Source: Candidatus Aminicenantes bacterium
Lineage (GTDB): Bacteria; Acidobacteriota; Aminicenantia; Aminicenantales; UBA8522
Direction: 5' to 3'
DNA length: 64,000 bases
Assembly (NCBI GenBank): GCA_017886205.1
Contig: JAFNEO010000009.1
Span: forward strand, 71,747-135,746
The translations under genes and the position numbers were made by a program. The notes beneath the pieces are model-generated. The model was not told where the DNA came from and ran no database searches. It was given only the letters and a program-made list of their open reading frames with translations. Positions 17,778-27,970 of the stretch are shown here, in pieces (position 1 is the first letter of the stretch; each line of letters begins with the position of its first letter).

Positions 17778-20700
17778 TCAGGCGCCTTGGCCCGGCGATT
17801 GAAGGGATTCTAGACGTTTCCTGGCATCGGCCAATTCCGGATGGTTCGGGTCCGCGTCCTTCCAGTATTCGAGGAATTTCTTGTACTCGGCGGAGGCGCT
17901 CGCTTTTTCCCCCTTTTCTTCATAGACGCGGCCCAGCCGATAATGATAGAGCGGATGGATGAGGTAGCGGACCTGGTTTTTCGGGTCGATGGTCATGAGG
18001 CGATTATATTCAGCGATGGCCTTATCGAGGTCCCCCTTTTTCCAGTAAGCCCGGGCCAGGACGTCCTTGAGGAAGGGGGTATTGTAGCCGGGCATGCTCG
18101 ATGTATTCATGTTCCCAAAATTCTCCGGGACAATTTTTTCCCCGACCTCTATCGCTTTCTCGGGCAGATTCTCCGCGAGAATGACTTCTGCCTGCAAGAG
18201 CCGGTACTCCATGGACATGCCTTCTTGGCTTGCCTGATCCAATTGGGGAAGAAGCAGCTCAATTTCCTTGAGTCTGTCCTTGGCGGCATCCAGGCGCCCC
18301 TGCTTCAGGTCTACTGTGACGAGAAGAATATTATTCCACGCCGCCCAGGAAGTCTGATAGGAGGGGTTCCGCTTCATACCCCAATCAATGTAGGCTTGAT
18401 ATGCCTGTCTGGCCAGATCGTATTCGCCCCGGTCGGCGTACAGGTATCCCATGATCGAATTGGTGCCGGCCGCGGGGGTGTCAGCGCCGGCGCCTTCTAA
18501 CTGTGCTCTTATGGTTTTATATTCGGCCAGGCTTTCATCCCAGCGGCCGAGAAAATATTCGAAGTAGGCCTTAAGCCAGCGCGCCTCGGTTTTTTCCATG
18601 CGCGTCGGCGCCCTGGCGATATACTCTTCCAGCCAATGCCAGGTCTCCGCGTAATTCTCCTCCAGCGCGAAAACGTAGGCCAGGCCGCGGCAGGAGCCGG
18701 AAAAATCAGGCCTGATCTCCAATGCCTCCCGGTATTTTGCTTTGGCCTGGTCGAATTTCCCCTGGCGAAAATAGAGCTCGGCGATGGAGTCTATGGGATT
18801 GGCCTGCCCCGGGTTTGCGGCCGCGTAGCGCTCGAAAGACCGAATCGCTTTTTCAAAATCCCCGATATCCGCATACGCATAACCGGCCTGGTTCAGGGCC
18901 AGCCCAAAATTCGGGTCCAGGGCCAGGGCCCTCTCGTGGGAAGCAATGGCTTCCGGGTATTTGTTGTCGGCTTGGTAATAGTTTCCGAGTTCATGATGGA
19001 ACTGCTTTTCTTGCGGGAATTTCTTGGTCAACTCCAGTAAGAGGCGCAGTCTTTTCTCCGGATTCCGTTCGACTGCACTGGCGTATCCGGCATCAATGTA
19101 GAGCCTTTCCTTCTCGGTCGCCTTCTCGGAATATTTTTTAGCCATCTCATAGGCCTCGGTCATGGCCTTGGTGTCGTAGAGAGCGCTTGCAACCTTGCCC
19201 AGATAGAGGTAGGCGACCGCGAACGTCGGGTCGAGCGCAACGGCCTTCTCCAGGAATTTGCGCGCGTCCGCGTAGTAGAACTTCTCGTAGTCGTCCCGGC
19301 CTCGCAGGAAATAGTTATAGGCTTCCATCGAGCTCGTGGTGATTTCGGCGATCTTAGGTTGGGCGATTTCGAGTTTGGCGGCAACGGGGCCGAGTCCGCG
19401 GGAAATGGTGCGGCTGATCTCGTCGATCTGTGTCTTCAGGACGCTCGAGACGCCGTCGCCCTTGGAAGATGCGGTTCGGAGAATCTCTTTGCTGGCCACA
19501 TCTAAGACCTTGACGTCCGTGGCAAATGTCTCGCCCGCTTTGATGTAGCTTCCGAGGACAAGGGAGGCGATGCCTTCCTTGCGGCAGACGTCGAACCCGG
19601 CCTCCTCGTCGCCAACCGCAGCGGCGTCCTTACCCGATTGGCGGAGAAGGTCATTCAGGCGCTCCCATGAGGTCACCTGGAAGTGCCCCGACTGCTCGAG
19701 GCTGGTGATGAGGAGGTTGGGGATGGCTTCCTGGAGATAGTCGAGGCTTTGGTCGCCGGTCCGATTCTTGAAACCGATGACGGCAATAGCGCGTTTGGGC
19801 CCTGCCTTTTGAGGAATCAACTTCCAGACAGCCAACCCGACGATAACCACTGCGATCAAAGCAGCGATCGGCCACAGGGCTTTTTTCAGGGTGAACTGGA
19901 CTGTGATCTGCTTCGAGGTGAGAGTCTTCCGGATCGGCAGCGGCTGCGACGTGGTCGGGAGTTCTTTCTCGATCCTGGCAAGTTCCGTCAGAATCTCGTC
20001 CGAGCTCTGATACCTTTTCTCTTTCGGTTTTTCCAGGCATTTGAGAATGATTCGGCCCAGCTCGTCCGGAATCTGGGCGTTGATGCTTCTGGGGTCGGGC
20101 GGCCGTTCACTTTTCTGCTTAACGGCAACACTCAGAGGAGTGTCGCCCTCGAACGGGAGATGCCCGGTCAGCATTTCAAATAGGATTATCCCCAGGGAAT
20201 AAATGTCGGAGCGCGGGTCGGCCTCTTTTCCATCCACCTGCTCCGGCGACATGTACTCCGGAGTCCCGATCATGACACCGGCGCCGGTCATTCCTCTGGC
20301 CGTCAGCGAACGGGCGATCCCGAAATCCATGATCCGGGCGTTTCCCTCGCGGTCGATCATAACGTTCTGAGGTTTGAGGTCGCGATGGACGACGCCGAGG
20401 CGGTGAGCCTCGGACAGGCCTTCGCAGACCTGCTTGCCGATGCTGACCGCCTTGCCGACAGGCAGAGCGCCGATCCTGTGGATCAGGCTCTTGAGGTCCT
20501 CCCCGGAGACATATTCCATGGTGATGTAATATGTCCCTTCTTCCCGGCCGAGGTCGAACATCCGGCAGACATTCCGGTGCGAGATGGCCCGGGCGAGCTT
20601 CAATTCATTCCGGAAGCGCTCGATGGTCCTCTCGTCCGCGGCGATATCGGGATGGAGAAGCTTCAGGGCCATCTTTTCCTGGACTTCCGTGTCGAAGACT

Positions 20701-20909
20701 TTGTAAACCCGGCCCATTCCGCCCCGGCCCAGGTCCTCGATGATCTGATATCTCCGGGCAAATGTCGTCCCGGCCGTCAATTCCTTGATCGGCACCTGGA
20801 TCGTCTCCGTGAGCACGAATTCTTTGTCCGGCGGCAGGGGAGAGGCGCAATTCCCGCAGAACCGGGTGCCGGAAGGGTTTTCAGAGTGACACTTGGGGCA
20901 TTTCGACAC
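17778..20909 (-). CDS. Membrane Ser/Thr protein kinase with N-terminal zinc ribbon and extracytoplasmic TPR domain
   Basis: CPKC/CGNC, GRGGMG, HRDLKPQN, DFG and GTPEYMSPEQ motifs, a TM helix and multiple TPRs. GTG start with GAAGG upstream. Confidence 0.93.
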   Translation of the reverse strand: MSKCPKCHSENPSGTRFCGNCASPLPPDKEFVLTETIQVPIKELTAGTTFARRYQIIEDLGRGGMGRVYKVFDTEVQEKMALKLLHPDIAADERTIERFRNELKLARAISHRNVCRMFDLGREEGTYYITMEYVSGEDLKSLIHRIGALPVGKAVSIGKQVCEGLSEAHRLGVVHRDLKPQNVMIDREGNARIMDFGIARSLTARGMTGAGVMIGTPEYMSPEQVDGKEADPRSDIYSLGIILFEMLTGHLPFEGDTPLSVAVKQKSERPPDPRSINAQIPDELGRIILKCLEKPKEKRYQSSDEILTELARIEKELPTTSQPLPIRKTLTSKQITVQFTLKKALWPIAALIAVVIVGLAVWKLIPQKAGPKRAIAVIGFKNRTGDQSLDYLQEAIPNLLITSLEQSGHFQVTSWERLNDLLRQSGKDAAAVGDEEAGFDVCRKEGIASLVLGSYIKAGETFATDVKVLDVASKEILRTASSKGDGVSSVLKTQIDEISRTISRGLGPVAAKLEIAQPKIAEITTSSMEAYNYFLRGRDDYEKFYYADARKFLEKAVALDPTFAVAYLYLGKVASALYDTKAMTEAYEMAKKYSEKATEKERLYIDAGYASAVERNPEKRLRLLLELTKKFPQEKQFHHELGNYYQADNKYPEAIASHERALALDPNFGLALNQAGYAYADIGDFEKAIRSFERYAAANPGQANPIDSIAELYFRQGKFDQAKAKYREALEIRPDFSGSCRGLAYVFALEENYAETWHWLEEYIARAPTRMEKTEARWLKAYFEYFLGRWDESLAEYKTIRAQLEGAGADTPAAGTNSIMGYLYADRGEYDLARQAYQAYIDWGMKRNPSYQTSWAAWNNILLVTVDLKQGRLDAAKDRLKEIELLLPQLDQASQEGMSMEYRLLQAEVILAENLPEKAIEVGEKIVPENFGNMNTSSMPGYNTPFLKDVLARAYWKKGDLDKAIAEYNRLMTIDPKNQVRYLIHPLYHYRLGRVYEEKGEKASASAEYKKFLEYWKDADPNHPELADARKRLESLQSPGQGA

Positions 20910-21072
20910 GAAGCGCCTTCCTTCGGTTACTTGTCCCGAATGATACTTTTCCCTTACCGTTTGCGCAAGGGGTCCTTAGGTCTTGCCCTAATACATAACA
21001 TCCCCTCGCGGCGCTGTCAATACCGCGGGGGCTCTATGATGAAAAGCGGGCTGACCAGAAGGGCTCCGCCTT

Positions 21073-21155
21073 CCCCCTCCTCCCTACCTCCTCCCACCAG
21101 GGGAGGAGGATATATGAATTGTGCCTCCCATTCCTCACTTCTCAGAGGGAGAGAA
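21073..21155. repeat. C-rich/G-rich REP-like hairpin(s)
   Basis: CCTCCTCCC-ACCAG-GGGAGGAGG (21087-21109), with a degenerate second copy near 21124-21153. Confidence 0.4.
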
Positions 21156-21191
21156 TAAAATTAGACAGGGCCCTGCACGCTACCGAGAAAA

Positions 21192-23291
21192 TCAGCGCGG
21201 GGCCAGGGCCGCTTTGAGGCGGGCGGCCGTGATCGGGAGCCGGTAAAGCCGGGCGCCCGTCGCGTCGAAGACCGCGTCGGCCACAACCGCTCCCATGTTG
21301 ACGATGGGCGGCTCACCTCCTCCCTGTGGTTCCAGCCCGGGATTATCCACCAGGATGGTCTCGATCTTCGGCAGCCAGGAGAAGCGCGGGATCTCGTAGG
21401 TGTCGAAATTCCGGTCCTGGATGGCGCCGCCGCGGAAATGGATCTCTTCGGACAGACAGTATCCCAGTCCCATGGTGATGCACCCCTCAATCTGGGCCCG
21501 GGCGCCGTCGGGGTTGATCACCCGGCCCATGTCCTGGGCGCAGACAACGCGTTTCACTTTTATCGTGCCGCTTTTTTCGACCGCGACCTCGGCCATGGTG
21601 GCGACATAGGTGTTGAGATAATTCACGCAGGCCAATCCCACACCGCGGCCGCTGGGCGCCTTACCCGGCTTCCAGCCGAACTTCTCGGCAGCAGCCTGGA
21701 GCACTTTCTTCATCCTTTCGTCCTTCAGGTTGAGCAACCGGAACTCCAGGGCGTCCAGGCCGGCCTTCGCCGCCATCGCATCCATGTGCGACTCGCGGGC
21801 GAACGTATTTGTGTTGCTTCCCGGCGCTCTCCAGGCTCCGACCTCGAAGGGATGGGCACCGGCGCCTCCCCGGCCCCAACTGCCCCGCGAAAGGATCCGG
21901 TAGTGGGGGATATCGTAGAAAGGCTGGGATGTCCGCTCGCCACCGAAAAAGATGACATAGTCCCAGAGGACAAGCTTGTTTACCGCGTCCAGGCCGGAGA
22001 CGATCTTAACGACTGCCGCCGGCTGGAAGGTGTCGTAAAAAAATTCCTCGCTGCGGTTCCAGGCGACCTGGACGGGCGCTCCGGCGAGTTTGGCCAAGAG
22101 GGCAGCCTCGACGGTCTGCCTGTTCCTGTTCTTGCCGCCGAAACCGCCGCCGACGAACGGTGTTATGACGCGGACCTTTTCCACCGCCAGGCCGAGAGCC
22201 TGGGCGACTTCCTCCTGAAGGCCGAAAGGCCGCTGGGTCGACGCCCAGACCGTGGCCGAGCCGCCCTCGATTTTGACAGCGGCGGTGTGAGGCTCGACCG
22301 GTGCATGGGCGACATAGGGAGTGAAATAGGTTTCTTCGAAAACCGACGTTGCCAGCTTCCTCCCTTCCTCGAGGTTGCCTTTTTCTTCGATTACGTCTCC
22401 CGCGGGGGCCACCTTGACCAGATGCTCATAGATGGTCTCGTCGTCAACGGTTGCTTCGGGCACATCCCACTCCGCCTTGATCTTGGAAAGAGCTCTCTCA
22501 GCTAGGTCGGAAGATCTGTGGAGGACAGCGACCATGTCGCCGTCCTGGATGATCCTGACCCCCTCGGTCCTTTCCGCTCCGGAGAGATCGATCGTCTTGA
22601 GCTTCGCTCCGTGGGCGGGCGGCCTTAGAATCCGGGCGTAGAGCATCCCGGGCAGGCGGATGTCGCCGGCGTACTGGGCTTTCCCGGTCGCTTTGAGCAC
22701 CGAGTCCTTGCGGTCGGCCGGGTTTCCGACGATGGCATACTCTGAAGGCGGCTTGACGGGCGGCTTCGGGTCAATGTGCCGTTCGATCATCTTCCCCTTG
22801 GCCAGGGCTCCGTAGGAAACGCGGTTTTGCGGGTTCGCCTTTTCCTGGACAAGGCCGTCCTTGGTCGCCAGTTGAGCGACCGGGAGCTTCAAGTGCTCGG
22901 AAGCGAGCTCGATGAGGACCGCCCTGGCCTCGGCGGCCGCCTGCCGGAGTGCCGGGCCGAAATACTTGATCGACCGCGAGCCGAAAGTCCCCATGTCCCA
23001 CGGACAGAGCGCCGTGTCTCCCATGATTATATCTACCCTGTCGAGCGCGACGTCGAGCTCTTCGGCGGCGATCTGGGCCAGCGCTGTTTGGGTGCCCTGG
23101 CCGAGCTCGGCTTTGCCTGAGAACCCAGTCACCTTCCCGTCCTCCGCGATCCGGAGGTAGGCGTTGAAGTCGGTGGGATAATCCCGGCCCCCGGCCCGCT
23201 GTTGACCCTCGAGCCAGTCCCGGGGCTCGCCGATCGTAAAGAACACAAACACGCCGCCACCGGCCAGCTTCATGAACTCGCGGCGTTTCAT
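21192..23291 (-). CDS. Xanthine-oxidase-family molybdopterin-binding subunit (IorB-like)
   Basis: RREFMK N-terminus; ELGQG, GTFGSRS, VGGGFGGK, WRAPG, QIEG and GGGEP motifs. Confidence 0.88.
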   Translation of the reverse strand: MKRREFMKLAGGGVFVFFTIGEPRDWLEGQQRAGGRDYPTDFNAYLRIAEDGKVTGFSGKAELGQGTQTALAQIAAEELDVALDRVDIIMGDTALCPWDMGTFGSRSIKYFGPALRQAAAEARAVLIELASEHLKLPVAQLATKDGLVQEKANPQNRVSYGALAKGKMIERHIDPKPPVKPPSEYAIVGNPADRKDSVLKATGKAQYAGDIRLPGMLYARILRPPAHGAKLKTIDLSGAERTEGVRIIQDGDMVAVLHRSSDLAERALSKIKAEWDVPEATVDDETIYEHLVKVAPAGDVIEEKGNLEEGRKLATSVFEETYFTPYVAHAPVEPHTAAVKIEGGSATVWASTQRPFGLQEEVAQALGLAVEKVRVITPFVGGGFGGKNRNRQTVEAALLAKLAGAPVQVAWNRSEEFFYDTFQPAAVVKIVSGLDAVNKLVLWDYVIFFGGERTSQPFYDIPHYRILSRGSWGRGGAGAHPFEVGAWRAPGSNTNTFARESHMDAMAAKAGLDALEFRLLNLKDERMKKVLQAAAEKFGWKPGKAPSGRGVGLACVNYLNTYVATMAEVAVEKSGTIKVKRVVCAQDMGRVINPDGARAQIEGCITMGLGYCLSEEIHFRGGAIQDRNFDTYEIPRFSWLPKIETILVDNPGLEPQGGGEPPIVNMGAVVADAVFDATGARLYRLPITAARLKAALAPR

Positions 23292-23770
23292 CTCCGTGCT
23301 CCCTTCTTCATTTCCTGAGCGGCCGTCTCAATGGCCTCGATGATCCGCATGTAGCCGCCACACCGGCAAAAATTATCGTCCATGGCCAGGATGATTCCCT
23401 CCCGCGTCGGCTGCGGATTTTTCCGGAGCAGACTATAAGCCGTGAGGATCATCCCCGAAGTGCAGAACCCGCACTGCATGACGTTGTGACGGACGAACGC
23501 CTCCTGGAGGGGGTGGAGTCTACCGTCCGCGGCCAGGCCCTCTATGGTGGTGAGTTTCTTGGCGTGCACGTCTTTCATGGGATACTGGCAAGACCTTACG
23601 GCCTCGCCGTCGACGAGGACCGTGCAGGCGCCGCAGATCCCCTCCCCGCAGCCGTACTTCGTCCCAGTCAGCCCGAGTTCAGTGCGCAAGATCCAGAGGA
23701 GCATTCGCTCAGGGTCTACGTCCAGGCTGACGGGCCGGCCGTTGATTTCGAAGCGGATCATATCTTTCAT
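23288..23770 (-). CDS. 2Fe-2S subunit (IorA/CoxS-like)
   Basis: KYGCGEGICGACTV, QCGFCTSG and CRCG. Confidence 0.92.
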   Translation of the reverse strand: MKDMIRFEINGRPVSLDVDPERMLLWILRTELGLTGTKYGCGEGICGACTVLVDGEAVRSCQYPMKDVHAKKLTTIEGLAADGRLHPLQEAFVRHNVMQCGFCTSGMILTAYSLLRKNPQPTREGIILAMDDNFCRCGGYMRIIEAIETAAQEMKKGARR

Positions 23771-23870
23771 GCCCTTCCCCTTACTTATAGAACGCTTCCA
23801 ATTCTATGTATATCACCGTAAATCCTCAGGCGTCAATAAAATAGTCAGGGTCTTTTTTTGAGCGGTAATC

Positions 23871-24031
23871 ATGAGGCTCCATCCCGGGATCTCCTTCACC
23901 GAGCTGAAGTACATCGTCGAAATGGGGGTGAGCCCGATGGAGACGATCGTGGCGGCGAGCGGCCCGAGTCCTTCGACGTCCTCGGCAAACTCGAGGTCGT
24001 CATCGTCGGCGGCAAGAGCCACCGGTCTTAA
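23871..24031 (+). pseudogene. Amidohydrolase C-terminal remnant
   Basis: ELKYIVEMGVSPMETIVAAS, then a frame change to FDVLGKLEVVIVGGK and a stop. The middle part is deleted. Confidence 0.5.
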
Positions 24032-24047
24032 GAAGATTTGCCAACGC

Positions 24048-26087
24048 CTATTTGGTCTGGTCTTCTTCTTTTTCTTTTTTCTTCTTGTTCAGCGCGGTCT
24101 TGAGCTTCTCGGCGAACAGCCCGCCAAAAGTGATTTCTTTCGCCGCCGCGGGCTTGGGCTCTTCCTTCTTCTCCCGGGCGGCGGTCTCTTCTTCCGCTTC
24201 CTCTTTTTGCTTGACGGCGGCGAGAGCTTCCTGTTCGCCTTCGGCCAGCTCGATCCGCTCCTCGATCACCCGGCGCTCGCTCTTTCGGGGCCGCGGCCCT
24301 CTCTCTCCCTCGATCTTGGGTTTCTTCTTCCTGACCGGCTTTTCCTTGGCCGGGGGCATTTCGACTTTGACCTTTTCGACGGCCGGAGCGACCTGGACCG
24401 GGACGGGAGGAGAAACCTCTTCCCTTTCGATTTCCTCTTCGGGAATGGCCTCTTCCGGGACGGCCTCCTCAGGCGCCTCGAGGACCTGCGCTCCCTCGGC
24501 CTCAATGGGCAACTCTGGCCTGACTTCTTCGACGGCCTTGCGGGGCTCCTGGTAGAAGAAAATGCCTTTTTTCTTTTCCGAGGTGCTGAATTCCGGGGAG
24601 TTGAGGAGGGTGGTCTCGACGTCCTCCTGGGTGGTCTGCTTGAGCATATCCACCAGGTGGTAGGCTCTGAGAAAATGGAGCGAGTGGCCGTCGGACTCCA
24701 GGCCGAAATTCTGGAAGATGAGGACCAAAAGGTCGTGGAGGTCCTTGTCTTCCCTCTGCTCATTCAGGGTAAGGAGCTGGGCCAGGGTTTCTTTCTCCAG
24801 GAAGATGATCTTGTTCGGCAGGGCGAAGGTGAAGGTTTCGGCTCCCGGGCTGGTGAACCGATCCTCTGCCGGGTTGTAGTTCAGCTGCGGCACGGAGATC
24901 TTTTTTTTGGATTTCTTCAGCCAGAAGTTGAACTGACCGGGGCTCTTTTTCTCCAGGGTCAGGCTCGTCCCCTGGGGGATGTTATTGGTCAGGAAGAATT
25001 CCTTCAACCCCAGGAAGAAGCAGCCGGTGGGATAATAAAAGACGGTGTAGCTCTTGTTCTCCTCGGCGTCCAGGAAGATGTACTCCCGGGCATGGGAGAG
25101 CTCCTTGTTCAGGCTCTTGGGTACCCGCACCCCTCCCGACAGGACTTCCCGCCAGGTGAGATAGATCTTGAGAGGGAATTCGTGGAAGGTGCTGAGCTGA
25201 GGCTTTTCCGTTACCTCAGTCTCCGGCAGCCTGGCCGGAGAAGCCGCCAACGGGAGCTCCTCCAGGAAGGAGTTGAGGATGGTTTTGAGGTGCCAGCGGC
25301 CCCAGCCGAGGGGCGAGACGAAGACGAACTCTTTCTTATACTTCTTCTCCAGGGCCGCGTTGAACGAGACGCAGGTGATGTCGAAAAGGTTGTGGGAAGG
25401 CTCGAGGCCGAAGAACCTGTTGACGAGTTCCTCGGTCGCCGCCGAGCTGCGCGTTTCCTGGATGTGCTTTTCCGCCTCCTTGACCTTCTCCTCGGGGATG
25501 GCGACTTGGTTCTTGGTCAATTGCCAATGGTCGTTCCAGCTGAAGAATGGCACGGACTTGGAGAGGGCTGTCCGCAGGTTCTTCTCCAGGGCTTTCATGT
25601 CCCGGTCGGTCATCGGGAGCTCGTTGAGGCGGGGGTCCTCGGCCTTTTCCATCGTCTCGGGGGTCAGGGCTTTTCCCTCGCAGTCGGAGGGCAGGAGGAC
25701 CTGGGTCCTGGTCTTTTTCATGTAGTCGATGTACTTCCGGAAAAGGCCGCCCCCCGTGTAATCCACCTCGAGCATCTCGCACTCGAAGCTCTTGTAGAAG
25801 ATTTTGTTTATGATTTTGAAGACCACTGTCCCCTTGAAGTGTTCGACCGTCTTGCTGCTGACCGTCAGGGCTTCATCGTATTCCTTGTAGATGAGGTCGC
25901 CGACTTGGTATTTGCAGTTGGGGTCGTACTTGAGGACGTCGGCGACCCTTTGGCTGGCGGTCTTGTGGAAGGCCAGTTTCTCGCTGATCTCCTTGAGAGA
26001 AAGAGGCCGGGGGGTCTGTTCGAATTCCCGCTCGACGAAGCTGAGATTGTCCGCGCTGACCTGGGTGAGGTTGTTCTCTTTATCCAT
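24048..26087 (-). CDS. Large hypothetical protein, possibly nucleic-acid binding, with a charged low-complexity tail
   Basis: 679-aa ORF with typical codon usage; overlaps the argF stop by 8 nt. Confidence 0.8.
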   Translation of the reverse strand: MDKENNLTQVSADNLSFVEREFEQTPRPLSLKEISEKLAFHKTASQRVADVLKYDPNCKYQVGDLIYKEYDEALTVSSKTVEHFKGTVVFKIINKIFYKSFECEMLEVDYTGGGLFRKYIDYMKKTRTQVLLPSDCEGKALTPETMEKAEDPRLNELPMTDRDMKALEKNLRTALSKSVPFFSWNDHWQLTKNQVAIPEEKVKEAEKHIQETRSSAATEELVNRFFGLEPSHNLFDITCVSFNAALEKKYKKEFVFVSPLGWGRWHLKTILNSFLEELPLAASPARLPETEVTEKPQLSTFHEFPLKIYLTWREVLSGGVRVPKSLNKELSHAREYIFLDAEENKSYTVFYYPTGCFFLGLKEFFLTNNIPQGTSLTLEKKSPGQFNFWLKKSKKKISVPQLNYNPAEDRFTSPGAETFTFALPNKIIFLEKETLAQLLTLNEQREDKDLHDLLVLIFQNFGLESDGHSLHFLRAYHLVDMLKQTTQEDVETTLLNSPEFSTSEKKKGIFFYQEPRKAVEEVRPELPIEAEGAQVLEAPEEAVPEEAIPEEEIEREEVSPPVPVQVAPAVEKVKVEMPPAKEKPVRKKKPKIEGERGPRPRKSERRVIEERIELAEGEQEALAAVKQKEEAEEETAAREKKEEPKPAAAKEITFGGLFAEKLKTALNKKKKEKEEDQTK

Positions 26088-27012
26088 TTTTTTCGGTTTT
26101 TCCCATTAATAATACCATAATCACCTTCTGGACATGAAGCCGGTTTTCGGCCTGGTCGAAGACGAGGGAACTCGGGAAGTCTATTACCTCATCGGTGACC
26201 TCATCGCCCCGGTGAGCGGGCAGGCAGTGCATAAAGAACACGTTTTTCTTGGCCTGGGCCATCAGTCCACGGTTGACCTGGAAGGGCGCGAAAGTCCGGG
26301 CTCGGGCGTCTTTCTCGGCCTCCTGGCCCATGGACGTCCAGGTATCGGTGTAGACGGCGCCGGCCCCAGTCACGGCCTGGCGGGGATCGCCGGTCAAGGT
26401 CAAGGAGAAACCCGTGTCTTTGCCGTCTTCCCTGGCCAGCTTAACTATATCCAAGCTCGGCTCGTAGCCGGCGGGTGTCGCCACGGCCATCGCGCATCCG
26501 GCTTTGGCGGCCGCGAACATCAAGCTGTGGCAAACGTTGTTCCCGTCGCCGACATAGGCGAGCTTGAGTTTCGAAAGGTCACCCACCTTCTCTTTCAAAG
26601 TAAAGAAGTCGGCCATGGCCTGGCAGGGATGGAGGAGGTCGGACAGGGCGTTGATGACCGGGATCTTTACCGCTGCCGCCAGGTCGATGATGTTCTTGTG
26701 GGCAAAGGTCCGGATCATGATCCCGTGGACCCAGCGCTCCAGGTTCTTGCCGACATCGTAGAAGCTCTCGCGGGCGCCGACCTGGCCGTCCGAAGGACTC
26801 AGGTAGATGGCGTGACCGCCGAGCTCGAGCATCCCGACCTCGAAAGTCATCCGGGTGCGGAGAGACGGCTTCTGGAAGATCATGGCCAGCACCTTTCTCT
26901 TAAGCGCCTTGTGGTAGTGATGGGGGTCGGCCTTCATCCGGACCGCCATGTCCAGGATCTCATGGAACTCGTAAAGGCTGATGTCGTGGATGGAGATAAA
27001 GTCTTTGTTCAC
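26080..27012 (-). CDS. argF: Ornithine carbamoyltransferase (probably catabolic, ArcB role)
   Basis: PSLRT, HPCQA, GDGNNV, SMG loop, HCLP and QAENR motifs. Confidence 0.94.
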   Translation of the reverse strand: MNKDFISIHDISLYEFHEILDMAVRMKADPHHYHKALKRKVLAMIFQKPSLRTRMTFEVGMLELGGHAIYLSPSDGQVGARESFYDVGKNLERWVHGIMIRTFAHKNIIDLAAAVKIPVINALSDLLHPCQAMADFFTLKEKVGDLSKLKLAYVGDGNNVCHSLMFAAAKAGCAMAVATPAGYEPSLDIVKLAREDGKDTGFSLTLTGDPRQAVTGAGAVYTDTWTSMGQEAEKDARARTFAPFQVNRGLMAQAKKNVFFMHCLPAHRGDEVTDEVIDFPSSLVFDQAENRLHVQKVIMVLLMGKTEKNG

Positions 27013-27022
27013 CCATTTCCTC

Positions 27023-27970
27023 CTAGGCGGCCGTGATCCGCGTCCCCGACCGGTTGAGCAGGGCGGCCTTGAGATGGCTGGCCGAGGTGATCAGGACTTC
27101 TTTCCCGCCCGCCTGGATGTATCCGATGGCGGCCTCGATCTTCGGGCCCATCGACCCCCGCGGGAACTGGCCCTGGGCCAGGTATTCTTGCGCCTGCGCG
27201 ATGGTCATGGCTTCGATCGGCCTTTCTTGCGGCGTCCCGAAATCCAGGAAGACGCGTTCAATGCCGGTCAGGATGATGAAAAGGTCGACCTTGACCTCCC
27301 GGGCGATCAGGCTGGCCACGTAGTCCTTGTCGATGACGGCTTCGACTCCCTCGAAGAGGCCGCGGCCGCTGATGATGATCGGGATCCCTCCCCCGCCTGC
27401 GGCGATGACGATCCGGCCGGCGCAGACGAGGTCCCGGATGATCCACTTGGAAACGACGTCGATGGGCTTGGGGGACGGCACGACCTTCCGGTACCCCCGG
27501 CCGGCGTCCTCGACCATGGTCCATTTCTTTTCCTTGGCCAGCGCCTGGGCCCGGTATTTGGTGTAGAAGGGGCCCACCGGCTTGGTGGGGTTGAAGAAGG
27601 CCGGGTCCTCCCTGTCCACGACGACCTGGGTAACCAGGGTGGCCACTTCTTTGTCGATCGAACGGGTCCGGAGCTCATTGATGACCGCCTTCTCCAGCAT
27701 GAATCCCATGCTGCCTTCGGTCATGGCGTCGCAGACGTCGAGGCTGAATGGAGGAATCTTGGTGACGGCCTCCTCCATCTGAATGAGCAGGTTCCCGACC
27801 TGGGGCCCGTTGCCGTGGACGATGATGAGTTCGTAGCCTTTGCGGAGGATGTGGACCATCAGCCGGGCGGCGTGCTGGGCGTTTCGCATCTGCTCTTCCT
27901 GGAGTCCCCGTTCGTTCTCGGGGAGCAGGGCATTTCCGCCGAAGGCGATGAGGGCGATCTTCTGCTTCAT
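27023..27970 (-). CDS. arcC: Carbamate kinase
   Basis: AFGGNAL, HGNGPQVG, KPVGPFY, GGGGIP, EAVIDKD and GSMGPK motifs. Confidence 0.96.
   Translation of the reverse strand: MKQKIALIAFGGNALLPENERGLQEEQMRNAQHAARLMVHILRKGYELIIVHGNGPQVGNLLIQMEEAVTKIPPFSLDVCDAMTEGSMGFMLEKAVINELRTRSIDKEVATLVTQVVVDREDPAFFNPTKPVGPFYTKYRAQALAKEKKWTMVEDAGRGYRKVVPSPKPIDVVSKWIIRDLVCAGRIVIAAGGGGIPIIISGRGLFEGVEAVIDKDYVASLIAREVKVDLFIILTGIERVFLDFGTPQERPIEAMTIAQAQEYLAQGQFPRGSMGPKIEAAIGYIQAGGKEVLITSASHLKAALLNRSGTRITAA

Noticed and set aside
23871-26120. 749-aa plus-strand ORF
   Set aside because: Antisense shadow of the 679-aa gene; only the first ~27 codons resemble an amidohydrolase remnant.
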